A stretch of 34,944 nt of DNA from an uncultured Nitrospirales bacterium. Its GTDB lineage: Bacteria; Hydrogenedentota; Hydrogenedentia; Hydrogenedentales; GCA-2746185. Shown here piece by piece: positions 15,418 to 23,852 of this stretch; the stretch's first letter is position 1; each line of letters starts with the position of its first letter. A model generated the notes under the pieces. That model ran no database searches and was not told where the DNA came from. It saw only the letters and a list, made by a program, of their open reading frames with translations. Location of the stretch: NCBI GenBank assembly GCA_964449475.1, contig CAYUZD010000001.1, forward strand, positions 1 through 34,944, given 5' to 3'. Made by a program: the position numbers and the translations under genes.

Positions 15418-15963
15418 ATGAATCAAACGATTGCCCACGATCCCGGCATCCGCCCCGTTGTAATCCGAATCCTCGCGCTGAGCGCCACAGCATTCGCGTT
15501 CTTGGTGTGGTTGCTGTACTTCCGCGGGGAGCGCGACCCGAACCCGGACGCGCTGTCGTTCCTGCCGGCGGTGAACGCCGGCTTAAACGGACTCGCCGCG
15601 GCGTGCATCATGGCCGGGTTCGTCGCGATCCGCACGGGACACAAGCGGCTGCACATGACGCTGATGATCAGCGCGGTGTCGCTGTCGGTCGTGTTCCTCG
15701 CGAGCTACATCACCTACCACAACATTCACGGCGACACGAAGTTTCTGACCGAGGGGTTCATCCGCTACGTATACTTCTTCATTCTGATCTCGCACATCGG
15801 ATGCACCGTGTTTGCGCTACCGCTGATCATGAGCGCCGTGTATTTCGCGGCGACGAAGCGGTTCGAGTTGCACAAGCGGGTGACGAAGTACACGGTTCCG
15901 ATCTGGCTCTACGTATCGATCACCGGCGTGGCCATCTACTTCTTGTTGCGCGCGAACTCCTGA
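15418..15963 (+). CDS. DUF420-family integral membrane protein (CtaM/YozB-like)
   Basis: 181 aa with 4-5 TM segments. LPAVNAGLNGLAA..., ITYH..HG and ILISHI...LP pattern typical of DUF420. Confidence 0.75.
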   Translation: MNQTIAHDPGIRPVVIRILALSATAFAFLVWLLYFRGERDPNPDALSFLPAVNAGLNGLAAACIMAGFVAIRTGHKRLHMTLMISAVSLSVVFLASYITYHNIHGDTKFLTEGFIRYVYFFILISHIGCTVFALPLIMSAVYFAATKRFELHKRVTKYTVPIWLYVSITGVAIYFLLRANS

Positions 15964-15971
15964 CCCGCCGG

Positions 15972-16550
15972 TCAGGCGTGGAGCTTGCGGAGCGTCGCGA
16001 CCAGTTTCCGCCCGAGGTTTTCGACGCCTTCCTGTTGCTTGGGATCCTTGAGCCGCCCGTCCGCGTCGAATACTTCGTGGGCCTTCGAGATGGCAAGTTG
16101 ATCCGGCAGCACTAGTACCTGGATGTTACCGAGGATCGCGCGCACATGCACCAGTCCGCGCAGGCCGCCGAGCGCGCCGGGCGAGGCGCTCATCAGAACG
16201 GCCGTCTTGCCCGCGAACGCCTTCAGCGGCGGATCGCCGAGCTCAGCGCGCGATGCCCAGTCGATCGCGTTCTTCAGCAGCGGCGTGATCGAGCTGTTGT
16301 ATTCGGGCGCGGCGATCAGGAACCCGTCGTGCCCGATGAGCAGGTTGCGAAACGTCCGGACGTGCGCCGGTAGGCCGTGGGCGGCCTCGTCGTCCTGATC
16401 GAACATTGGGAGCGGAAGCGCGTCCCAATCCACGATCGTGACCTGCGCGCCTGCGTCCCGTGCGGCGCTGGCCGCGATGCGGACGAGCCGCGTATTGAAC
16501 GAATCCATTCGCCGGCTTCCGGAGAATGCGACTACTTTTGGCGTATACAT
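15972..16550 (-). CDS. NAD(P)H-dependent FMN reductase family oxidoreductase
   Basis: KVVAFSGSRRMDSFNTRL... and FLIAAPEYNSSITPLLKNAIDW, the flavodoxin-like FMN_red signature. GGGAGA RBS. Confidence 0.85.
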   Translation of the reverse strand: MYTPKVVAFSGSRRMDSFNTRLVRIAASAARDAGAQVTIVDWDALPLPMFDQDDEAAHGLPAHVRTFRNLLIGHDGFLIAAPEYNSSITPLLKNAIDWASRAELGDPPLKAFAGKTAVLMSASPGALGGLRGLVHVRAILGNIQVLVLPDQLAISKAHEVFDADGRLKDPKQQEGVENLGRKLVATLRKLHA

Positions 16551-16580
16551 ACTTGGACTCTCCCACGCGTTGTCGACACG

Positions 16581-17369
16581 TTACACAATAACGGTCGGGT
16601 TGCCGTCCGGTACGCAGAGATACCGATCGAAGTCGGTGTAACCCAACGCGCGGAGAAAATCCTCGTCGATCAACGCCTGTCCGTTGGAGCGTTCAGGATG
16701 CTGAACGATTTCATACGAGGCATCGGCCAGAATGTCGGCCTTGCGCCAGACACTGGGATCTCCGAGCTGGAAATTGATCGTGGCGTAGGATTCGATGAGC
16801 GTCTTCGGCCAAAGTGCGGTCGCGCGGATGTTCAGCGAGCCGAATTCCTTGGGCAGGCCGTGCGCGATCATGGTCATGCCGAACTTGCTGATGCAGTAGC
16901 CGATGTGGCCGGGGAGCATGTCCATCGTGATCGGTGGCGACATCACGATGACATGACCGGAGTTCTGCCGCTTCATCGCCGGCAGGAAGGCGGCGGTCAC
17001 GGCGAAGGACCCGCGTACGTTCACGTTCATCATCAGGTCGAAGCGCTTCATCGGCGTTTCGTCCATCGTCTTCCACCAGAGCGCGCCGGCGTTGTTGATG
17101 ACGACGTCGACCCGGCCAAACCTGTCGAGCGCCACCTGCGCGGCCTGGTCTACGCTTTGCAGGTCGGTCACATCGCAGCGGACGGGGAACACCTCGGTGC
17201 CGTGCCGCGAGACCTCGTCCGCGGCGGTAAAGATCGTGCCGGGGAGCTTTGGGTTTTCCTCGGTGGTCTTTGCGGCGATGACAATGTCGTAGCCGGCCTG
17301 GGCGAATCGGTGCGCGCACGCCTTGCCTATGCCGCGCGACCCGCCGGTGATGAATGCGACCTTGCTCAT
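16581..17369 (-). CDS. short-chain dehydrogenase/reductase (SDR), HSDL2-like
   Basis: FITGGSRGIGKA cofactor motif, NNAGA, Y-x3-K (YCISKFG). The start ATG overlaps the upstream hydrolase stop (ATGA). Confidence 0.88.
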   Translation of the reverse strand: MSKVAFITGGSRGIGKACAHRFAQAGYDIVIAAKTTEENPKLPGTIFTAADEVSRHGTEVFPVRCDVTDLQSVDQAAQVALDRFGRVDVVINNAGALWWKTMDETPMKRFDLMMNVNVRGSFAVTAAFLPAMKRQNSGHVIVMSPPITMDMLPGHIGYCISKFGMTMIAHGLPKEFGSLNIRATALWPKTLIESYATINFQLGDPSVWRKADILADASYEIVQHPERSNGQALIDEDFLRALGYTDFDRYLCVPDGNPTVIV

Positions 17370-18238
17370 GGCGACTCCTCCACTACTGTATTGGCCTCAG
17401 CGGCCCTTGCGAGCCTCTCGACGGCGCTGCGTACGTCGGTTTCCGCGTTCCACGGGATGAAATGGTTCTTGCCCTCAAGGACGACGGTGTCCACAATCTG
17501 CCCGGTCGGAAAGTTCCGCTCCATGAACGCGACATTCGAGAACGGCACCAGGATGTCGTCCGGCGCGTGGAGGATGATAACAGGACAGGCGATCCCGGCG
17601 AGCCGTGGTTGCAGCGATTCGAGTTCGGCCTTCATCGGCAACAGCTCGCGGTTGCTGTTTCGCAGGAACCGCGGGATCATGTAGGCGATCACGGGAAGAT
17701 TGGCGATGCATTGATACCAGGCGACTTTTTCCTCCGCCGGGTCGAGCGAACCCGAGAGGATGACGAGGCCCCCGACGCGGCCGGGATAATCAGCCGCCAC
17801 TTGCGCGACGATGGGTCCGCCGAGGGAATGGCCGATGAGGACGGGCCAGCGTCCACCTCGCTGGACGAGGAACGGCTCGATGCACTCGGCTTGTTCGCGA
17901 AGCGTGAGCGCCGGTCGCCGGGGCCGGGTGCGGCCGAATCCGGGGCGATCGATCGAGATCGACTCGAAGCCCGGGATGGGCGACTGCACATATGAGCGGA
18001 ACGCGTTTGCATCGCCCGGGGTGCCGTGGACATAGATGAGTCGCGGCGCATCGGCCGCAGCTGCCGGTTGCCGGATGTAACTGATTGACCAGCCTACTGG
18101 TACTTCCAACTGTCCGCGCACGACGTCCTCGGCGTCCTCGGTTTCAACGATCGCGTCGAAGACCTGGCACGATCCGATCTCGAACACGATCAAGGCGAGC
18201 AACGCGACGCCCAGCTTCCACAAGCGACTCCGACGCAT
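17366..18238 (-). CDS. alpha/beta-fold hydrolase with N-terminal membrane anchor
   Basis: GHSLGG nucleophile elbow and HGTPGD oxyanion region. I prefer ATG 18238 (MRRSRLWKLGVALLALIVF), which leaves 1 nt after the OlsA-like stop; the track start at 18301 would overlap that gene by 62 nt. Confidence 0.8.
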   Translation of the reverse strand: MRRSRLWKLGVALLALIVFEIGSCQVFDAIVETEDAEDVVRGQLEVPVGWSISYIRQPAAAADAPRLIYVHGTPGDANAFRSYVQSPIPGFESISIDRPGFGRTRPRRPALTLREQAECIEPFLVQRGGRWPVLIGHSLGGPIVAQVAADYPGRVGGLVILSGSLDPAEEKVAWYQCIANLPVIAYMIPRFLRNSNRELLPMKAELESLQPRLAGIACPVIILHAPDDILVPFSNVAFMERNFPTGQIVDTVVLEGKNHFIPWNAETDVRSAVERLARAAEANTVVEESP

Positions 18239-18239
18239 G

Positions 18240-19076
18240 CTAGGCGCGGTCGCGGCTGGCTTCCAGCAACCCAGCGACGGCTTCGCGCGCCTTCGCGGCA
18301 AGCGCTTTGCGGTCGGCGCCGGTCTCCGTGGGGATCGGATCGCCGAAGCTGACCGTCACGCGAATGCCGCGCAGACCGATCGCGCGCCAGGCGTGCGTGA
18401 CGAAGTTGTGTTCAGGCCGCCAGTAGGCGACGTCTTCCGAGATGCTCAGCGACGACGAGTCGACGAACCAGTTCAACGCGACGGGAACGATCGGCGTGCC
18501 GGTGTCAACGGCGGGCTGCGCGAGCGACGCATAGAAGGGAAGCATGCGCGAGCCGTCCGTGGACGTCCCCTCGAGGAAGACACACACCCTCAGTCCGCCG
18601 TCGAGGCGTTCGGCGATAGAGGCGTTGACGCCGCTGAGGCTGCGGCGATCGGAACGCATGACGCCGATGTGCTCCGACATATCGAATAAGTGGCCCACGA
18701 CGGGCCACGACCGCACGTCCGCCTTCGAGACGAAGACCGCGGGGCAGGCGGCGCCGACCGCGAGAATGTCGAGATACCCCAGGTGATTCGGCACGAGCAA
18801 CGCGGGCGCCGGGGGAAGCGAACCGCGCACGTCGATCCGAATACCGGCGATCGGCGCGCCGCGGCGCAGCCAGCGATGGGTCCATTCCGCTGACCGTGCG
18901 CGCTTCTCGGCGCGATCGGAAGTCGCGGCGCGGCTCACGAGACAGCCGCAGTAGCAATACAGCGTCCACGCGGCGAAACCGCCGAGGCGCGCGATGGCGA
19001 GCAGCGGGTTCGACCATGCGCGGGCCGCGGGGCGTGCTTCGGACGGCGAATCCGCGCCCACTTCTCCGGGATTCAT
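18240..19076 (-). CDS. lysophospholipid/lyso-aminolipid O-acyltransferase, PlsC family (OlsA-like)
   Basis: H-x4-D motif NHLGYLD and the FLEGTSTDG motif, with an N-terminal hydrophobic segment. 4-nt start/stop overlap with the upstream OlsB-like gene. Confidence 0.8.
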   Translation of the reverse strand: MNPGEVGADSPSEARPAARAWSNPLLAIARLGGFAAWTLYCYCGCLVSRAATSDRAEKRARSAEWTHRWLRRGAPIAGIRIDVRGSLPPAPALLVPNHLGYLDILAVGAACPAVFVSKADVRSWPVVGHLFDMSEHIGVMRSDRRSLSGVNASIAERLDGGLRVCVFLEGTSTDGSRMLPFYASLAQPAVDTGTPIVPVALNWFVDSSSLSISEDVAYWRPEHNFVTHAWRAIGLRGIRVTVSFGDPIPTETGADRKALAAKAREAVAGLLEASRDRA

Positions 19077-19915
19077 TCCAATACGTCCAGCCGCGAGAGC
19101 GCCACCTGTTTACCGTCCATCATGACGAGAAAATCCACGGTGCCGAAATCGCGATCGATGGCGGGTTCGGAAACGACGACCGAGCCGAGCTTCAGATAGG
19201 TGCGAAACAGTTTGGGCAATTTGAGCGCGGGTCCGAGATCCGGGGCCAACTCACGTTCGGGAGGACCGCAGGAATGGCTCGGGCGCGCACGGACGAGGAC
19301 GTCGGCATGCAAGCAGTTTCCTTCACGGACGGTTTTCATCGCGCGCCAGCCGTCGTCGGGATCTTGCGTGGTCAGGGAACAACAGCCGAACAGATACCGC
19401 GAGCCATAAGCGTTCATGAATCCGCCGATACCGAGCCACATGGTGATCATCGCGCGGAAGTTTCGATGATCCGCGGCGAGGCACGCGCGTCCGAGTTCGA
19501 TGCTCTCGGCAAAATAGGGTTCAAGCGGCGCGAGGTCGTATTCCTCGGCGCAGTAGACTCCGCCGGTCGCGAGAGCGTGTTGAATGGTCTGCAAGCGATA
19601 CGTGCCCACCACACGACCGGACTCGCGGTGAATCAGGACGAGGTGCGTCATCTGTTCGTCGTAGCGATCTCGATCCAGCCCGATCGCCATCGACGACGCG
19701 AGGCCCTCCTCCAATTCGAGATTGAACACCTCGAATCGCAATCGCTGGGCCGCCTCGACGCAGCGCCGGGAGTTGGCGAAGCCCGCGACGTAGCGGTCCG
19801 CGGGCGTGTGCGGCAGCGCGAGGAAGTCCACGTCGCGCGGGCGGCGCTCGAAGTCCTCCGCGCTGGAAAACGCGCCCCAGGACAGCCTGCCTTCCTCGCG
19901 TTCTACGTGGGCCAT
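19073..19915 (-). CDS. GNAT-type N-acyltransferase of the OlsB / 'hemolysin-like' family (amino acid N-acyltransferase for aminolipid synthesis)
   Basis: AQRLRFEVFNLELEEGL, DRYDEQMTHLVLIH..GRVVGTYRL, YCAEEYDL and IELGRACLAADHRN match the OlsB-like family pattern. Paired with a PlsC-type gene as in olsBA. The amino acid substrate cannot be read from the sequence. Confidence 0.75.
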   Translation of the reverse strand: MAHVEREEGRLSWGAFSSAEDFERRPRDVDFLALPHTPADRYVAGFANSRRCVEAAQRLRFEVFNLELEEGLASSMAIGLDRDRYDEQMTHLVLIHRESGRVVGTYRLQTIQHALATGGVYCAEEYDLAPLEPYFAESIELGRACLAADHRNFRAMITMWLGIGGFMNAYGSRYLFGCCSLTTQDPDDGWRAMKTVREGNCLHADVLVRARPSHSCGPPERELAPDLGPALKLPKLFRTYLKLGSVVVSEPAIDRDFGTVDFLVMMDGKQVALSRLDVLE

Positions 19916-19948
19916 GGGTCGTTGCTCGAGATGCCGGCGGGCGCAGCG

Positions 19949-21601
19949 TCAACCGGCCATAGGATAGTTGCGTGCAAGACGGTGGTAGCTTATCACATCC
20001 CTAAGGAATTGAACGGGGCCGATCGGCTTGTGACCGGTCCGGCGATTGATGTCTCCGATACCGAACAAGATTCGGTACTGTTCGAACAGGGTGCTGTACG
20101 CATCGGACAGCGCGGCATCGGCGTCCCAGATATGGGTCGCTTCGGCGCCCGCGCCATTGATCTCCACGATCAAGAATCCCTCGCCGCGCTGAAAAGATTC
20201 CAAGTCGCGGAAGCGGATGTCGAAACGGCCGAAGTAGAACTGCGGTAGGGACTGCGCGATTTCGTCGATGCGCGCAGTGAGCGCGGGCGTGAGCACGTGC
20301 AGACCGTCCTTGAAGATGCAGCCCTGCGCGTGGTTCCCGGCGAAGACCAGCGGGAACTTCTGGCCGTCGGGTATGATGCGGTCGAGCGTGGCCTCGTGTC
20401 GCTTGAAGTACACCTCGGCGATCAGCCGGGCGCGGTCGTCGGCCTGAATCAGCTCGCGCAGCGATCGGCGGCCGTCGCCCACAACCACCGGGAACTCCTT
20501 GAGCGTGATGGAGATCACGCGCCCGCGCTCCTCGTGCGGCATCCGGTAATACATCACGCCGGCCTCATGCTGGAATGGCGCGAGTGTTTGCAACACGAGC
20601 AGATTGCCGCGCGGGAAGACCGAGAAATAGTCGCGAAGTTCGTCGGCGGTGCGCACCGGCCGCACTCCGGCGCCGCGCTGGCCCATGTCGGGCTTGGCGA
20701 CAATCGGGAACGTAATGCCGGCGGCCGCGAGCGCGTTCAACGCATCGCCGACATGGGTATCGACGGGCAGGCCGTCGTCGCTGTAAAAAAAAGTCGTGTG
20801 TGGAGCGACCCAACGGCGCGAGATCTCCGGGACGAGCGCGAGAATCTGGCTCTTGGACTCCCGGATCATGCCGCCGGAATAGATGGATGGGTTGACGGAG
20901 GTGGGCAGCGTGAGGCTCCGATAGCGAAGCGCGAGCCAGAAGTAATACGCCGCGACCGGCGTGTAGAACAGCCAGGGGTGCCAGAACTCGAAGAACGACG
21001 CGGGCGCCTCCTCCGCGGAGACACTCTCGGGGTCCGTGCTCATTTGCTTGTACGACCGGCGCTGGATGTACATGACCGCGGCGATGAGCGCGATGCCGAT
21101 GGGCCACTTCAGATCGCCGAGAATCGGCATGACGGCGCTGCCGACCCGCGAGATCAGCGTGAGTACGATGAAGTTCCACAGCAGCGAGGCAAAGAGGGCG
21201 GACGGGAGATACGTCCGCAGGCTCGCGCGCGCCATGCCTGCGGCGATGTTCGCAGGCAATCGAAGCCCCGGGACGAACCGCGAGACGAGGATGGCGGTGA
21301 ACATGTTCTCGTCGAACCAGACGCGGATGCGCTCGAGCCGGGCCTGCGAAACGAATTTCCAGGCAACGAGCTTCGGTCCCAGGAAGCGCCCGGCGACGTA
21401 CAGCCCCCAGTCGCCCACCCCGATGCCGATCGACATGCTGACGAGCGCGGTGGAGTACGCCATGCTGCCATCGGCGACGAGCAGACCGACGGCGATAATC
21501 GTCGGGTCTTCGAGTACGAAGCTGCACGCGATCGCGAGCATGCCCTGAAGGATCGGGTCGTTCGAGAGTGCGTGCAGTGCCCGATCGAACAGTTCGGCCA
21601 C
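19949..21601 (-). CDS. fusion protein: N-terminal DedA/VTT (SNARE-associated) membrane domain plus C-terminal ATP-grasp carboxylate-amine ligase domain
   Basis: The N-terminal ~175 aa is DedA-like (EDPTIIAVGLL..., SRFVPGLRLPANIAAG), followed by extra TM segments. The C-terminal region has ATP-grasp motifs (PIVAKPDMGQRGAGV, LVLQTL..HEAGVMYY, GRFDIRF...FLIVEINGAGAE). The GTG start lies 1 nt after the NRDE stop. Confidence 0.75.
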   Translation of the reverse strand: MAELFDRALHALSNDPILQGMLAIACSFVLEDPTIIAVGLLVADGSMAYSTALVSMSIGIGVGDWGLYVAGRFLGPKLVAWKFVSQARLERIRVWFDENMFTAILVSRFVPGLRLPANIAAGMARASLRTYLPSALFASLLWNFIVLTLISRVGSAVMPILGDLKWPIGIALIAAVMYIQRRSYKQMSTDPESVSAEEAPASFFEFWHPWLFYTPVAAYYFWLALRYRSLTLPTSVNPSIYSGGMIRESKSQILALVPEISRRWVAPHTTFFYSDDGLPVDTHVGDALNALAAAGITFPIVAKPDMGQRGAGVRPVRTADELRDYFSVFPRGNLLVLQTLAPFQHEAGVMYYRMPHEERGRVISITLKEFPVVVGDGRRSLRELIQADDRARLIAEVYFKRHEATLDRIIPDGQKFPLVFAGNHAQGCIFKDGLHVLTPALTARIDEIAQSLPQFYFGRFDIRFRDLESFQRGEGFLIVEINGAGAEATHIWDADAALSDAYSTLFEQYRILFGIGDINRRTGHKPIGPVQFLRDVISYHRLARNYPMAG

Positions 21602-21602
21602 G

Positions 21603-22376
21603 TTAGCGGGCCTTCGCGAGCGACCTCGCGGGCGCGAGCGGCAGGGAACAGTGCGCGCCCGGCTCGCGCGAGTCGGGAGCCGGCTCGGGCCAATAGCGCA
21701 ACTCGACGCGCCCCGACTCTGGAAGTATGCGGGCCTGCGTGATGCTGCGCGTAGCGGACCACGAGCGGCGCATCAGCGGCGAGCGTTCCGCGTGGCCGGG
21801 TTCCTGAATCAGGTGGAATGAGGGAAGCGTGCCGACGTGCGGCTCGCCTTCACGACGCCACTGCGCGAAGCGCTCCTCGCGCCAAAGCCGCACATCGAGA
21901 CTGTCCCAGCCGGACGACGATCGCAATACCCAATCCTCGACGAGTTCCGTCTCCGCCGGCCCGTGTTCGCCGAGCCACTCCCACGACACCGCGCCCTCAG
22001 GACTCGCGACCAGCAGCGTAAACGACGGGTAGGCATGCGGATCGAGCGAGTCGCGGAGCCAACGCCGCGCGGCGCGCCCGTCTCCCTGCGCCAGCAGCGT
22101 GGAGACAATCTCGCCGCGGGTGCGGAATCGTCCGGTTGTGTCGGGCAGGAGGCTCTCGCCCGGCTGATAGGCGTTGAGCAGGCACGCCACGACGCCGTAA
22201 TTGTTCACGCCCATCCAGGTCCCGCCGCGCTCACTGTCACGCGGGGCAATCCAGGCGACGCCGTCCGGCGCGTGCATAATCTCGGGCCGGAGTTCCGGTG
22301 CGCGAATTAGCGCCTCGTCCCGGTTCATCGTGGCGACAAGCGCGCCGTTCCCCCGGTAGATGGTGACGGTGCACAT
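21603..22376 (-). CDS. NRDE-family protein (TANGO2 homolog; Ntn-hydrolase-like with Cys2)
   Basis: Starts MCT..., contains the eponymous NRDE motif (ATMNRDE), and GGTWMGVNNYGVVACLLN. Confidence 0.8.
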   Translation of the reverse strand: MCTVTIYRGNGALVATMNRDEALIRAPELRPEIMHAPDGVAWIAPRDSERGGTWMGVNNYGVVACLLNAYQPGESLLPDTTGRFRTRGEIVSTLLAQGDGRAARRWLRDSLDPHAYPSFTLLVASPEGAVSWEWLGEHGPAETELVEDWVLRSSSGWDSLDVRLWREERFAQWRREGEPHVGTLPSFHLIQEPGHAERSPLMRRSWSATRSITQARILPESGRVELRYWPEPAPDSREPGAHCSLPLAPARSLAKAR

Positions 22377-22394
22377 GACGGCGATCTGGGACGC

Positions 22395-22919
22395 CTACCC
22401 TTTGACGGCTTGCTGGTGCGCGGCGGTGGAGAACGCCAGGGAGATTTCCTCGGGCAACTCGACATCGTGTTCGCGGCAGAGATGCACCACGATCGCGAGA
22501 TGGTGAATGGTGTGTCCGGAGAGGAACGCGAGCTCGCGCCCGACGGTGCTCTCGACGACGTCCGGTTCGGCGTCCAGCGAGACGGACTGCCGGACGCGCA
22601 GGGGAGTCGTCACCGATGACGCGGACACGGCGGCGAGTCCCGTGCGCACGTCCCGCAGTCTCTCGCGGAAGCAGTCGATGCTGCGCTCGAGCATCTCGTC
22701 ACGCGCGCGGGAATCGTAATCGACGATCCCGTCATTCAATCCCGCAAGGAAGCACTGGAAGTGTTCGAGCGCGTGGCGGAGATGCGAGCCCACGGGGTAG
22801 CGCCCCGGCAACGCGCCGGCGTACATCTCGGGCGTGATCGCGTCGATCACGCGCTCGCACCGGTCGCAGGCATCGAGACACCCGCGCACGGCCGCGCACT
22901 CAGAGTGGGTGGTGGACAT
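22395..22919 (-). CDS. DinB-family (DinB_2-like) metal-binding four-helix-bundle protein
   Basis: 174 aa with a His-triad pattern (SHLRHALEH ... GHTIHHLAIV) typical of DinB/YfiT-like proteins. Confidence 0.65.
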   Translation of the reverse strand: MSTTHSECAAVRGCLDACDRCERVIDAITPEMYAGALPGRYPVGSHLRHALEHFQCFLAGLNDGIVDYDSRARDEMLERSIDCFRERLRDVRTGLAAVSASSVTTPLRVRQSVSLDAEPDVVESTVGRELAFLSGHTIHHLAIVVHLCREHDVELPEEISLAFSTAAHQQAVKG

Positions 22920-23174
22920 GATGTACGGGCTCCCCTGAAAACTGAGAAATCAGCGGAACGGAGTCTAACACCGCCGTCGCAATGCGGACAAACGGTGTCG
23001 AAACGTCACGACGATTGGACCCAAGGGACTTCCCCGTGGATTCATGCTCGGGCGCGGCCGGTCCGGCGTGGTGAATGTACGACCGGATTTATCGTCTGCT
23101 CCGCCGTATGCTAAACTCCCGCCCGGACTCGTTTTGACGGTATGCCGCCCGGTGCGGTCAAGGAAAGGTGACAC

Positions 23175-23840
23175 ATGCGTGGTGTTTCGATGTTTTTGGG
23201 TCTTTCGTTGGTGCTGACGGCAATTCCGCTGTTCGCGGAAGAAGCCGGAAAGGTCCAGCTCGGTATTGAGTTGCCGGAGCCGTATTTCGGCGGCACGCCG
23301 CTGGACTATTTCGGGCCGAACCTCGAGGAACCGAACTACAAGCCGCGTCCGCCGTTCATGGTGCCGGAAGGAACCGAGAACGTGGCCAAGGGCAAGCCGG
23401 TAACCGCGAGTTCCGCAACGCAGTTCGGCGACCTGGCCATGCTGGTGGACGGCGACAAGAGCTACAAGGACGAGAGCCTGCTGGGACTCGATCGCGGACA
23501 CCAGTGGATTCAGATCGACCTGGGTGCGGCGTACGATATTTACGCGGTGCTTTTCTGGCACTTCCACCAAGGGGATCGGGTGTACTTTGACGTGGCGATC
23601 CAGGTGGCGGACGATGCCGCCTTCACGCAGAACGTGCGGACGATTTTCAACAACGATCACGACGACACCGCGGGTATGGGCGCGGGCAAGGACAAGGAAT
23701 ACATCGAGAACTATCGCGGCAAATTCTTCGACACCGGCGGCGTGAAGGCACGGGCCATCCGGTTCCTCAGCAAGGGGAACACGACGGACGACTTCAATCA
23801 TTACGTCGAAGCGGAAGTGTTCGGCAAGCCGGCCGAGTAA
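23175..23840 (+). CDS. secreted discoidin (F5/8 type C, galactose-binding-like) domain protein
   Basis: Signal peptide MRGVSMFLGLSLVLTAIPLFA. NVAKGKPVTASS...LVDGD...WIQIDLG..YDIYAV is the classic discoidin opening. AGGAAAGG RBS. Confidence 0.75.
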   Translation: MRGVSMFLGLSLVLTAIPLFAEEAGKVQLGIELPEPYFGGTPLDYFGPNLEEPNYKPRPPFMVPEGTENVAKGKPVTASSATQFGDLAMLVDGDKSYKDESLLGLDRGHQWIQIDLGAAYDIYAVLFWHFHQGDRVYFDVAIQVADDAAFTQNVRTIFNNDHDDTAGMGAGKDKEYIENYRGKFFDTGGVKARAIRFLSKGNTTDDFNHYVEAEVFGKPAE

Positions 23841-23852
23841 GCCGGAGCGATT

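Noticed and set aside
16377-21742. Plus-strand ORFs 16377..17684, 18896..20248 and 20297..21742 (435-481 aa)
   Set aside because: All are antisense to the motif-supported minus-strand lipid cluster. Their proteins are low-complexity and Arg/Asp/Gly-rich without motifs.
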